A program made the translations under genes and the position numbers. 64,000 nucleotides of DNA from an uncultured virus (IMG/VR IMGVR_UViG_3300042880_001179) (Duplodnaviria > Heunggongvirae > Uroviricota > Caudoviricetes): the IMG/VR virus record IMGVR_UViG_3300042880_001179. One strand, given 5' to 3'. The first letter of the stretch is position 1. The number at the start of each line of letters is the position of its first letter. This document shows, piece by piece, positions 1 to 10,283 of the stretch. The notes under the pieces were generated by a model, which worked only from the letters and a program-made list of their open reading frames with translations, was not told the origin of the DNA and did no database searches.

Positions 1-2
1 AT

Positions 3-596
3 TTGACTCCATTAGCTGTCAACATAGCTATGCATAACATAGGATATCATGAAGATGGCGTTGGGCCTGACTATGTTTCGTATGTAAGAATGACGAGTGA
101 AGAAAGAGCCAAACTCTCTTCAGTAGATGAGAATGCTACAAATGTTACTGTTGGAGTTCAAGTTGGCCCATCATTTGCGTCTTCTGCAGTGTATCCCAAT
201 GTACAATTTGATAACGGGCAAGTAACTTTTGTGCCTTCTGCAACAGTCAACTGGTCTATACAAAATGGTCAAGAAATAATTGCAAATGTGGTTGCTCAAC
301 CAGATGGCCATGTACACTATGACAATGTTACTCCAGTTAGTGCTAACACAACTCCAAACTACATTAATTATTTAACAGGAATTTCGGCTCCTTTTGAAAC
401 AAATAGTTTGAAAGTTTTTATTAACGGCGTAAGAATTTTTCCAAGCAATTTAGTTTATGTGCCAACATCCGATCCTACTGATCCATGGGTACAAAACAGA
501 TTTACGCCAACTACCGCCAAAACAGGATTTGCTTTAAATACTGCAATTACAGCGGCAGATGTAATCATTATTGATTTTATTGTAAGCGCCGGTTGA
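3..596 (+). CDS. Putative virion structural protein, probably 5'-truncated by the window edge
   Basis: Beta-rich Thr/Val/Asn composition and a 'SLKVFINGVR' motif seen in phage tail/baseplate proteins. The frame is open at the window start. Confidence 0.55.
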   Translation: MTPLAVNIAMHNIGYHEDGVGPDYVSYVRMTSEERAKLSSVDENATNVTVGVQVGPSFASSAVYPNVQFDNGQVTFVPSATVNWSIQNGQEIIANVVAQPDGHVHYDNVTPVSANTTPNYINYLTGISAPFETNSLKVFINGVRIFPSNLVYVPTSDPTDPWVQNRFTPTTAKTGFALNTAITAADVIIIDFIVSAG

Positions 597-634
597 AAAA
601 AAACAGCTAATAGCTTCTAATTGAACATCTTCAA

Positions 635-1174
635 ATGGAGCGCAACATGCTATTTCAAAGCAAAAAATTAGATATGACCGTTGGTGTTCTGGCGCATGAA
701 AAAGGATTGAATGAAATCAAAAAAACAATTGATTCTTTAAAAAATTTACAATACTCATACGAAAAAATTGTTGCAGTATTGCCAACTTCAGAAATTTGCA
801 CTCTTCCTTTTGATAACACAAAGTTAATTAAAAAAGGCGATTGCCTAACAACCGCCATCGACTCTATTTGTGAAGTCGCACAAACAGAATGGGTTTATTT
901 TATATTTGCAGGCATTACTGTGCCCAAAAATATTGATGATAAAAATTCAAAATATATTCAAAGCTATAAAGATATTTTATTCCCTGTAGTAAACAGAAAT
1001 TGGAATTTTGTAGAAGCAACTTTAAATGGCTTACTTTTGAGTAAGAAAGTACATGAGGAAGTGGGTGCATTTGGAACTAGCAATCACTTGGAACTTACTA
1101 AGTTAATGTGGGCAGACAAGGCTCTGCAAAAGGGTTGTAATTTCAAAGCTATAGTTGGGGCTAAATTAACATGA
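635..1174 (+). CDS. Glycosyltransferase family 2-like protein (degenerate)
   Basis: GT-A-like order of elements (IKKTIDSL; AQTEWVYFI; GLLLSKKVHEEVGAF), but no clear DXD motif. Confidence 0.45.
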   Translation: MERNMLFQSKKLDMTVGVLAHEKGLNEIKKTIDSLKNLQYSYEKIVAVLPTSEICTLPFDNTKLIKKGDCLTTAIDSICEVAQTEWVYFIFAGITVPKNIDDKNSKYIQSYKDILFPVVNRNWNFVEATLNGLLLSKKVHEEVGAFGTSNHLELTKLMWADKALQKGCNFKAIVGAKLT

Positions 1175-1812
1175 CACTAGAAAAATGTACAAAAATTTTA
1201 GATAAGCACAAGATTCCAAGCTGCCATTCTAATTTCCAAATAAGGAACTTTATTTTAGGCAAAGAGAGCAGTGATATAGGAAAATTTTGGCAGTGTGTCA
1301 GAGAACTTCAGGCCAGACAAGAAACTTTGCAAGCTTTAGAGACAGATTATCAAGATTTGCTAGATAATATCGAAATAGCTAAACTAGATTTGGAAGAAAT
1401 TCAACTTAAAAATATAGTAGCAAAAAATCCTGCTCTTAAAGAAATACGACAGAAAAAAACATTGATACAAGTAAGCAAACAAAAAAGAAATATTGATAGA
1501 CTTTACAAAACTAAACAATCTTTAGACTCTCAAAGAGAAAATATTCTTAAGGAAATGCAAGTTTTGGTGGAAGAATTTGAAAAATTATCAGAATTAGTTG
1601 CTTATAAGGATTTTGATGACGAGTCTGCCCAGCTTCAATATTGGACTCAAAAGTTTGAAAAAGAGTTAGTTTTAACGCAAACTTTAGGCTTACCGCCTAA
1701 TCCTGAGCTATTAAAAAGCTGTCTGGCTCTTCCTTCGGACAGTGCTTTGAAAAAAAACATTGAAGAAGCACTCTTAAACGCCAATAAAAAACTACTAAAA
1801 GAAAATAACTAA
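1171..1812 (+). CDS. Coiled-coil hypothetical protein
   Basis: 213-aa ORF with heptad-rich Q/E/K/L sequence. Its start overlaps the upstream stop (ATGA). Confidence 0.6.
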   Translation: MTLEKCTKILDKHKIPSCHSNFQIRNFILGKESSDIGKFWQCVRELQARQETLQALETDYQDLLDNIEIAKLDLEEIQLKNIVAKNPALKEIRQKKTLIQVSKQKRNIDRLYKTKQSLDSQRENILKEMQVLVEEFEKLSELVAYKDFDDESAQLQYWTQKFEKELVLTQTLGLPPNPELLKSCLALPSDSALKKNIEEALLNANKKLLKENN

Positions 1813-1815
1813 TGT

Positions 1816-2838
1816 ATGGCCCTAGTAAAACTTAGCAGTAATATCGCCGGTTATCAAGACGGAGACTTATCTTTATACCCGGCAGCCCTTGATAGCTTCA
1901 ATAACTTATACGAGGTTTATAACAACAGCGTAACAGTTACTAAAGGTGCTACATCGATAACTGCCGATGTAATCATAGTCGATACAACCGATAATTTTCC
2001 CGCACAAGGAATTTTTCGTCTCAGTTTGCCCGGCAAAAAAGGAACCTCTGTCGAATTTGTATATTACGCAAATAAGACTAGAAACACATTCTACAACCTG
2101 AATCGTGGTTTCATGGGCACCAAGATTAATTCTTGGCCCGTTAATACGGCAGTTGAGGGCGGTGTCTTTGCTGACCACCACAATTCCCTGAAGGATACCG
2201 TCCTAAACATAGAAGGGTTTGTTGGTGTAGAAAGTAATACTGATACTACAACAGTTACCGGGTTATTGAAAAACCTTGAAAATAGATATTTGGCACCAGT
2301 GCCAATTTACAGAGCTTTTCCTTTATCCGGCATTCCTCCCTTAACAGTAAATTTCCATTGTTTCACAAACAGGTTGATAAACAGATTTTTCTGGGATTTT
2401 GGAGATGGCTCTGCTAGTTATGAAAAAAATCCATCTCATACCTATTTGAAAGCTGGAAATTATACTGTCCAGTTGCGAATTATATCTGATCAAGGTGGAC
2501 AAGGTGTAGCCACAAAATTAAGTTACATAAGCGTCAGTGATAATTTCACTACACCCTTTGGATATGTGATTCCTGTTACTGGTACAAGTATTGCTACTGC
2601 AACAAGTTCTGCAGGAACACCTACAACATTTACATTTTATGACCAAACACAAGGTCCAATTGTCAACAGGTTGTGGCAATTTGGTGATGGGCAAAGTATC
2701 TTCAGTGAAGATCCCAATGTAATGGTTGTGACACATCAATATCAAAATCCCGGTACCTACAGACCTTCCGTGTTAATTACAATTGAAGGAAATATAGTCA
2801 CAAGAGCCATTTTTTCTGAAACAGTGGAGGTAACTTAA
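1816..2838 (+). CDS. PKD-domain structural protein (family member 1)
   Basis: Two PKD motifs (WDFGDG..NPSHTY..G.YTV; WQFGDG..HQY..PGTY). N-terminal YP..LD / A.HHN.L domain shared with the next three genes. Confidence 0.8.
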   Translation: MALVKLSSNIAGYQDGDLSLYPAALDSFNNLYEVYNNSVTVTKGATSITADVIIVDTTDNFPAQGIFRLSLPGKKGTSVEFVYYANKTRNTFYNLNRGFMGTKINSWPVNTAVEGGVFADHHNSLKDTVLNIEGFVGVESNTDTTTVTGLLKNLENRYLAPVPIYRAFPLSGIPPLTVNFHCFTNRLINRFFWDFGDGSASYEKNPSHTYLKAGNYTVQLRIISDQGGQGVATKLSYISVSDNFTTPFGYVIPVTGTSIATATSSAGTPTTFTFYDQTQGPIVNRLWQFGDGQSIFSEDPNVMVVTHQYQNPGTYRPSVLITIEGNIVTRAIFSETVEVT

Positions 2839-5123
2839 TGGCAATTCCTGAAATTACATTTCCAGTAACATTAGACACATCCACTAATCTTTACAGTGTT
2901 GCCGATGCCTTGACTTTGCCTCTGGCAAAGGATTATTCTCCGGGCGATACAATAATTTATGTTGCCCAAGATGCTGTTATCATGGCGCAATTTCCAGTTA
3001 CTGGCATCATAACACTTACAGAAAACTGTAGTCCCACTGAATATCGTGCGACATCATTTTATTATGGCGCAAAAGATAATATAAATTTTACTTTCTCAGA
3101 CTTGACTGTCTTGGACGAAACTCCTGATAAGACTGAGAAAAAAGCTGGTGCAACGAATGTTTCCATGAACGTCACTGCTCAGCATCACAACTCAATCAAA
3201 AATGCTACTTTAAATATAGAAGAATATTTGGGCGTTACAAGTGATGTAGGTATCTTGCCTTTTGAAGGAACTATCAACGGCAGAACAAATTTTTTACTTA
3301 AAACAGTTTTTACTCCTAGAGCTTGGTTTGTTGCAACGCCTCTTTTGGGGAAAATAACTCCGGGTTTCGGCATGGAAGTGACTTTTACTAGTTACTGTTT
3401 ATATTTGGGCGAAGAACTACCTAACAATACAATAACTTATACTTGGGATTTTGGCGATTCAAATGTCATTCCGCCAGCAACCCAGACGACAACCAACCCT
3501 GTGATAACTCACACATATCTTTCGCCGGGCATATACACTATTTCCATGACTGTACAAAATAAATTCGGTCAAGATACCGTTACATTTGTTGAAATGATAG
3601 ATGCGCTTTATGTGGCTCCAGCAGAAGCAGAAATTGTTGTTGGATGGCCCGGAAATGCAGAGTTTGACCCTTCAAAGCCGGGTTTGAAAAACTTCCCTAC
3701 CAGAATTCCACCTTATCTCAAAGCGCCAACCGGTGCTTATGTTGATGTATATACAACAGATTTGGTCATTGTGGGTTCTGACCCTTTAAGAGCAGACAAT
3801 GGAGCATGGCTAATAGAATCTCCCCCCGGAATTTATACTGAAATAGATCCCATAGTCTCTTATACTTGGGATTTATCCGATACTCTTTCCCATGCCACCA
3901 CTACGCCAGTTACAAAAGCACTTTATACAATAGGTGGAGATTATCAAGTTGTTTTAAGGTGTGATACAGATTCTGAAGCTTATAGAATCACACAGAATTA
4001 CAAATATATAAATGCGATTGAAAGACAAAATGCTTGGTTGTTTACATTTGGAACTGGTGCATACGCAACATCAGTTTATGCTTCTGAACTCGGATTCTTA
4101 AATGAAACTTTCAAAACTAAACAAGTTGTCAGCACAGTAATTACTAAAGATTCATCTTTCTTAGATTACATAGCAGATCCTCTTCAACAGGCAAGAGCCA
4201 AAAATGAATTCAATACCAACAATAATTTAAATGCGAGAAGCACCACTCCATCAGGCCTTCAAGGATTTAGCATTTTGTCATGGGCAAGTGGCAGAACAGC
4301 ATCCCAGTCTTCCACCTTGGAAACTGTGAATTGCGTGAATTACAATGGCTTCCAAGAGACTTACGATACTCCAGTCGGCTTCCAATTCAACAGACCTTGG
4401 AACTGGATTCCTTTCAATGGCACTAGCGTAATCTATTACATTCTAGGAAACGCTGCAACACAGCCACCCAGCACCAGCCCAACTAACCTAAATGTAGATA
4501 TTCAAAGCTTAATTGATGGCAGCAGGCAGACATATGCATACACGAATGCGAGCTTTACTGCACAGGCGGATTTGTTGGAATATAATGCGGCCCAATACGA
4601 CCCATTTGGACAAAACATATATGGCGCTTATAGTGCATACAGAACTGCATTCAGAGGCAGAAGCGGTTATATTTTAAAAAATACCACAGTAGGAAATGAC
4701 TTTATGATAAAGTCATTTTATGCAACAGTTGAGAGCACGTCTTATCTTCTTGATAGTTTTAAAAAATTACCAGATATGCCGGGACCTGTAAAGACACAAG
4801 GCCAATTAGTAAACCTAACAACAGGGTTATTCTTTTTTAATAATAGTGGATCTGTTCTGGCGTTTGACCCTTCCGTCAACATTTGGAAGACCGGCGGCCC
4901 CGGTTATAATTCCATAACCTTTTCCAATCTTCAAGATAAAACTGTTCCTGACTATGACAATGAAAACAATGCCTTGGTGGCAACAACCGATTTTGCAAGC
5001 AATGCCTTTTTGAGCTTCGATTACAGTAATAATGCTTTTATCAAGTTCAATGATGTCGATTTGTCGTTTTCCAAATTGTCAAGCAGGCCCAGTGGCACGC
5101 AATGGTTATTTGGGTCATACTAA
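2838..5123 (+). CDS. PKD-domain structural protein (family member 2)
   Basis: FP.TLD...AQHHNSIK N-domain and YTWDFGD..THTYLSPGIYTI PKD motif. Translationally coupled to the upstream gene (TAATG). Confidence 0.8.
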   Translation: MAIPEITFPVTLDTSTNLYSVADALTLPLAKDYSPGDTIIYVAQDAVIMAQFPVTGIITLTENCSPTEYRATSFYYGAKDNINFTFSDLTVLDETPDKTEKKAGATNVSMNVTAQHHNSIKNATLNIEEYLGVTSDVGILPFEGTINGRTNFLLKTVFTPRAWFVATPLLGKITPGFGMEVTFTSYCLYLGEELPNNTITYTWDFGDSNVIPPATQTTTNPVITHTYLSPGIYTISMTVQNKFGQDTVTFVEMIDALYVAPAEAEIVVGWPGNAEFDPSKPGLKNFPTRIPPYLKAPTGAYVDVYTTDLVIVGSDPLRADNGAWLIESPPGIYTEIDPIVSYTWDLSDTLSHATTTPVTKALYTIGGDYQVVLRCDTDSEAYRITQNYKYINAIERQNAWLFTFGTGAYATSVYASELGFLNETFKTKQVVSTVITKDSSFLDYIADPLQQARAKNEFNTNNNLNARSTTPSGLQGFSILSWASGRTASQSSTLETVNCVNYNGFQETYDTPVGFQFNRPWNWIPFNGTSVIYYILGNAATQPPSTSPTNLNVDIQSLIDGSRQTYAYTNASFTAQADLLEYNAAQYDPFGQNIYGAYSAYRTAFRGRSGYILKNTTVGNDFMIKSFYATVESTSYLLDSFKKLPDMPGPVKTQGQLVNLTTGLFFFNNSGSVLAFDPSVNIWKTGGPGYNSITFSNLQDKTVPDYDNENNALVATTDFASNAFLSFDYSNNAFIKFNDVDLSFSKLSSRPSGTQWLFGSY

Positions 5124-5135
5124 TAGTGGGGTAAT

Positions 5136-8100
5136 TTGGGAACGGTTCTACCAATATCGTCTTATCCGAGTGCGCTTGACACCAATACGACTCTGTTTCA
5201 GGTATACAATACTTCGGAAACCGTTTTGTCCCAAACTTTGTTGGCATGGGAAACAACTATAAACATAATACCTGTTCCAGCAGGTAAGCCAGAATTATGG
5301 GCTGATACAGGCTATGTGACTATTGAAGGAGAGTTAATATACTACGCAGCAGTCACAAGAGTGTCAGCTGCTGTTACACAGTTCAAATCATGCATAAGAC
5401 GTGTCAATGGTGTCCCATCAAAAAATAATCCAGTCGGCACGTCCGTAAGAGGATTTGTAATTGCTGAACATCATAACAATTTAGCAAGAGCCTTAGTCAA
5501 TGTCGAAGAATTTATAGGAATTACTAATACAACAGATAAAAATAGCATTCTTTGGAAGCTCAACTACATAAACAGTTTATTGCCTTATACTGACGATGCT
5601 GGATGTCCACAACTTGAATTCTATTATACCATCGTAACTGAAGACCCAATTCAAGGCACTGAAATATCATACAATTTAACTATAAACAGCACAGTGCCAT
5701 ACACTGGTTTTACTATTGATTTTGGCGACGGCACTACGGAAAATGAATCTCTGAGCGGAACACATTTCTACCCGCCTAATAAAAAAGTTGAACCAGTTGT
5801 CACCGTTAATTCGCCAGCCTGCGATGCGCTTCAAACTTCTGCACAAAAAGTATCTTTGGATGATTTGCAACAGGTGAATATTGTGGGACTCGACACTTTC
5901 CCAATCGTGGTTCCAGCCATTCCAGATTTCCCCAATTTTAGCTTGGCAACTGTAAATGATGTTCCAGATGCAATTCAATTCCCACCCATAGTATTTCCTT
6001 GCTTAGACATAGGGCCATTTGGGCCAATATCAATTCCTTCTACCATATCACTTATAAATCCAAATGTGATTCCTAGCGTAATTACATTCCAAGATATTCC
6101 TGTATTTCCTAGCATCATAAAAATTACAAGTGACTTTGAAATTCCATCTGTAATTAGCATAATAGACAATATACCAACTACTATTACCGTTATAGATGAT
6201 TTGCCCAGTATAATTGATGTAAATTCCAATTTACCAAGTGTAATAAGTATAATTTCTCCTTCTAACATATCAATAAGTTTAATTGCACCAAGCGTTATAA
6301 ATTTAGCACCAACAGTGATTCAGGTGCAAAGTAACATCCCCAGTGTAATTTCTGTAAATGATATCGACATATCAGTTTCTTTGACAAGCGACTACTGCAC
6401 AAATTGTACTGGAAGCATTCAGGCTAGTGCGCCCAACACAGCAGGTGGACCTACTGATGTGGGATGTAATGTCTGTGCTGGAGCTAATCAAAAAATCACT
6501 AAAGTTACAGTTGTATTACATGATTTCTTAGTGCAAACTTTTAATGCTCAAGACCCTTCTACAAGATATGATTTAGTAAAAGTATTGGTGGTAGATCCCA
6601 GCGGCAACACATGTTTGCTTATGGGCGGTAATATTGCTGGGAATACAAGCACTCCCCAGTTTATCATGACAGAACCGGTTACTTTGACTTTTGATGATTC
6701 CTCTACGAATGACATATATGATTTCAGCGTTCCTTTAAAAACTGGCACATATTATCCAAATGCTAATGGTAACACAGGCTCAAGAAATGCTGGAACACTA
6801 GTCAATTTATCCGCTCCCGCTCCTGCGCCGTCCGGTTTTAATGGATATGGCAGCAACCTTGCTGTCTTTACTGACCAGCCTTTGGTCAAAGGTGCTTGGA
6901 ACGTTTACATAGGTGTTGGGCCTAACGACGCCACATATACAAATTTATGTTACGTCGGTTCCGCTTGTGCCAGAGTGAATAGCAATGGAGAAGCCCCATG
7001 TGATTTCCCAACTCCAACTCCGTCACCTTGTGGTGCCACACCTAAACCTTCAAAAACTCCAGCACCGACCCCAAGGCGCACAAATGCGCCGACTGCCACA
7101 CCAAAAAATACCGGAACGCCTTTACCAACGCCCAATAAAACGCCCATTCCTACACCAGCACCCAGCGGCTTTGGCCCGGGTGGTCAACCATGGCCGGGAA
7201 CTGGAGGAGGGGGCGGCGGAGGCGGAGGTACTATAATTCCTGTTGATCCGGGCAGACCCATACCAGTTACTCCAAAGCCTAGCAAAACCCCCAAACCTAC
7301 TCCTGCCCCTACTCCGCTTCCCAATTGTGGTTCATGTGATTTTACGCCATCTATAGAAGATTGTGGTAGCGGAGTTTGCACTTACTATTGGAACTTTACT
7401 AGTCAAAGTTGGAGTAGATGTGCTGAATGCCAATCATGCACCACAGCAGGTGAAAATTGTGGTTGTCCAGAAGCACGATGGATGGTTTCTTATGGAAAAC
7501 TACCTGCAGATGGCTCAAATAATGCAACTGTTAATACTAATTGTCAAAAATTTGTTTGGACAAACAATAATTTAACACAATGTAGCGGAGGTTTTTGCAC
7601 ATATTTTTATACTCCCGGGTTAGGACAATGGTCATATGCTCCTGATGATTCGTATTGTGAAAGTGGTAGCGGATGTAGTTGCCCAGACCCATCGATATTA
7701 GTAGCCAAAGGTGTATTGCCAAAAAGTTCTCAAAATAATATAACAAGACATACTAAGTGCTACCAAGAAACAGCAATTAGTAAATGTAACCAAGGATGTG
7801 AATGTCCAGATCCGCCTACTGTTCAAACAATAACAAGTACATCGCAAATAATATCAAAAAGCTGTGAACCCGAATGTGGAACTTGCATTGATGAATACAT
7901 TACAGATTTAAATAATCCATGCGATCCTGACCCTACTGATCAGACATGTATTTATGAATATACAGGTACTTTTGGATGGCGTTTAGACCCTGCGAGTTTC
8001 TGTGGTTGTGATAATATGAATTGCTTGTCAGTACAAGCTGCTAAAGATGCGAGTCTGTTACCTGATTCTCCAAATGATGGTGAAACATTCAATCTCAGTT

Positions 8101-10274
8101 GTTATGGAGGTGCATGGTATAATTATGACTTCTGCAACCCAGAAGCTGACTGCAAGTGTCCTCCGGCACCTACACCACCTCCTGCTGGTCAGCAACCGGG
8201 CAATTCATTTTTAGTTAATCAGTGTATTAACCCAACACCCACACCAAGTCCTACAGTAGGTTGTGGAGACTGTATATTTGAATTTGATGCTCCAGTATGT
8301 GGCAGTGGAACTTGCGTTTATACATATTATTCTGATTTGGAACAATGGACAGTAGGTCCAAACTGTGGGTCTTCTACATGTAACTGTATGAATGTTGAAG
8401 ATGCTATATTTATGGGATTATTGCCTGAGAATCCCGGTGATGGCGAACAAGTAAATACTTCTTGTTATTTTTACAATTCAAATCAACAAAAGCTTGAGGG
8501 TACTTGGGACTATACAGGGAACACTTGTACCAGCGATTGCACGTGCTTGAATACTGCAAGCTATTCTGGTTTTGGATATTTCCCCGGACAAATAAAGATT
8601 GAAAATTGCGAACCCAAGCCATCTCCCACACCCACTCCTAGTGCTAGTGGTCCACAACCTAGTCCTTTGCCAACACCAGCCGTCACTACAGCATGTTCTG
8701 CTTCTAGCTGCATCTACTATTGGGCTGGCACAGGTTGCTCTACAGGCTCTGTTTCTAAGAATTGTTACTATCAGTTTGACACGCTAACCAATCAGTGGCA
8801 GTTTGTAACAGGCCAATGTACGGGCGGCTGCACATGTCCATCTGTAGCGCAACTTCAGACGACAATTGGTCAGCTGGCACCGGGTACATTAGATTTTTAT
8901 ACTGGGTGTGTTAATCCCGATCCAACTGCTGGCTCTTGGGTTTTATTTGATAATTATTGTGGTCCGAATTGTAGTTGCCCGCAAGTTTATGACGGAAGTC
9001 TAGCTGATTATGGCTATAAAAGATATGTTAGTTGCCAAAACGGATGCGCCGCATGTCTTTATAAATGGAATGGCACACAATATGTTGTCGTTGTTGGGAA
9101 TTGCGGGTTTCCATGCCTCCCTTCGGGATGCAAATCTCCACCTACAACCTACTCAACTGACACGATTTCACTTCCATGTGGTTATGAAGCATGCAGTGGC
9201 GGATGTGCATTTACATGCACACAATCTGGAGGATCTTACACATGGGTTCCTACAGGTTTGTGTTTAACAGGAGGTGAATGTGCTTGCTACCCTCTTTCAG
9301 CTGGTTATACTTGCACTTCAGCGAACGTTGGCTTAGTTGTTAATAGCAGCTGCTCCCTTCCAAACAATGGTTGTATAGGAAATTGCTACTTTACTTGGGA
9401 TGCCGCCGCCAAAACGTGGATATACGATAGTGGTTCCAGTCAAGCATGCATAAAGTATGGTTCTTCTTTAATGCTTTACAACACTGACAATGACATGGAT
9501 TTTTCCTCCTATGAATCAGAAGAAACGTTTAGTCCTCAGGCTTTGTCGTGCGGATGTGTTCCGCCTTTTTATGACGGAACAACGAATGGATTGAAAGCCT
9601 TGGGTACTTGCGGCCCTGTGGCTAACCCAATAAATCTGACATTTGTCGAACCTATATATGTCCATAATGCAGAGCCTGTAAGTTTAATAGCAAATATTAC
9701 TCCAACGGCTACTCCTTATGTCGAACACACACCGGCACCAACACCTCCTCCTAGTATTACGCCTATTTATTCAGATATTTTGACAACAAGTGAAAATCTG
9801 AAAACAACACTTGCTCCTATATCCAAGGAACGTGTTAAATTGTGTCAGTATGCAGATAAAGAACCTGCACGCATGGTAAAACAAGGTTGTGGAACTTGTG
9901 CTATACGTAAATGTGAAAAGTTTGGACTATGTTCTCATACTAGCATAATCGAAGGACATCCTGAGGTAATTTGCTGTCAGAATTGCACTAGTTATAGTCC
10001 AAATAAAACGGGCAACATTAATTTGCCTAACAATAAAAACAATCCATTATCTTCTAGTGTTGTTTCTGACTTAAACACACAAAATTCTCAAGTGGGCAAA
10101 ATATCTGCGGATTCGCCAGTGATGCGTGAAGTTCAACCAATACAAGATGCTATGACTATGGCAGAAAATGAAATTAGCGCCAATAATAAGATAAAAGTTG
10201 TACCGGCTGATTCTGTAATACATATAAGCGTAGATGAACTAATAGATGGCAAAAAGGAAGCCAATGAAAGGTAG
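5136..10274 (+). CDS. Giant modular Cys-rich fibre/appendage-like protein, paralog A (TTG start)
   Basis: Shared N-domain, PKD (IDFGDG), IPSVI repeats, proprotein-convertase P-domain-like module (ITKVTVVL..DL..V.VVDPSG..TFDD..GAW.VY), PT linkers and many CxxC/CxC-W repeats. Confidence 0.75.
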   Translation: MGTVLPISSYPSALDTNTTLFQVYNTSETVLSQTLLAWETTINIIPVPAGKPELWADTGYVTIEGELIYYAAVTRVSAAVTQFKSCIRRVNGVPSKNNPVGTSVRGFVIAEHHNNLARALVNVEEFIGITNTTDKNSILWKLNYINSLLPYTDDAGCPQLEFYYTIVTEDPIQGTEISYNLTINSTVPYTGFTIDFGDGTTENESLSGTHFYPPNKKVEPVVTVNSPACDALQTSAQKVSLDDLQQVNIVGLDTFPIVVPAIPDFPNFSLATVNDVPDAIQFPPIVFPCLDIGPFGPISIPSTISLINPNVIPSVITFQDIPVFPSIIKITSDFEIPSVISIIDNIPTTITVIDDLPSIIDVNSNLPSVISIISPSNISISLIAPSVINLAPTVIQVQSNIPSVISVNDIDISVSLTSDYCTNCTGSIQASAPNTAGGPTDVGCNVCAGANQKITKVTVVLHDFLVQTFNAQDPSTRYDLVKVLVVDPSGNTCLLMGGNIAGNTSTPQFIMTEPVTLTFDDSSTNDIYDFSVPLKTGTYYPNANGNTGSRNAGTLVNLSAPAPAPSGFNGYGSNLAVFTDQPLVKGAWNVYIGVGPNDATYTNLCYVGSACARVNSNGEAPCDFPTPTPSPCGATPKPSKTPAPTPRRTNAPTATPKNTGTPLPTPNKTPIPTPAPSGFGPGGQPWPGTGGGGGGGGGTIIPVDPGRPIPVTPKPSKTPKPTPAPTPLPNCGSCDFTPSIEDCGSGVCTYYWNFTSQSWSRCAECQSCTTAGENCGCPEARWMVSYGKLPADGSNNATVNTNCQKFVWTNNNLTQCSGGFCTYFYTPGLGQWSYAPDDSYCESGSGCSCPDPSILVAKGVLPKSSQNNITRHTKCYQETAISKCNQGCECPDPPTVQTITSTSQIISKSCEPECGTCIDEYITDLNNPCDPDPTDQTCIYEYTGTFGWRLDPASFCGCDNMNCLSVQAAKDASLLPDSPNDGETFNLSCYGGAWYNYDFCNPEADCKCPPAPTPPPAGQQPGNSFLVNQCINPTPTPSPTVGCGDCIFEFDAPVCGSGTCVYTYYSDLEQWTVGPNCGSSTCNCMNVEDAIFMGLLPENPGDGEQVNTSCYFYNSNQQKLEGTWDYTGNTCTSDCTCLNTASYSGFGYFPGQIKIENCEPKPSPTPTPSASGPQPSPLPTPAVTTACSASSCIYYWAGTGCSTGSVSKNCYYQFDTLTNQWQFVTGQCTGGCTCPSVAQLQTTIGQLAPGTLDFYTGCVNPDPTAGSWVLFDNYCGPNCSCPQVYDGSLADYGYKRYVSCQNGCAACLYKWNGTQYVVVVGNCGFPCLPSGCKSPPTTYSTDTISLPCGYEACSGGCAFTCTQSGGSYTWVPTGLCLTGGECACYPLSAGYTCTSANVGLVVNSSCSLPNNGCIGNCYFTWDAAAKTWIYDSGSSQACIKYGSSLMLYNTDNDMDFSSYESEETFSPQALSCGCVPPFYDGTTNGLKALGTCGPVANPINLTFVEPIYVHNAEPVSLIANITPTATPYVEHTPAPTPPPSITPIYSDILTTSENLKTTLAPISKERVKLCQYADKEPARMVKQGCGTCAIRKCEKFGLCSHTSIIEGHPEVICCQNCTSYSPNKTGNINLPNNKNNPLSSSVVSDLNTQNSQVGKISADSPVMREVQPIQDAMTMAENEISANNKIKVVPADSVIHISVDELIDGKKEANER
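6997..8260 (+). repeat. Long direct repeat, copy 1 (copy 2 at about 12157-13420, offset about 5160)
   Basis: Lines 7261/12421, 7561/12721, 7981/13141 and 8041/13201 are identical or differ by 1-2 nt. Confidence 0.9.
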
Positions 10275-10283
10275 AAAGTAACT

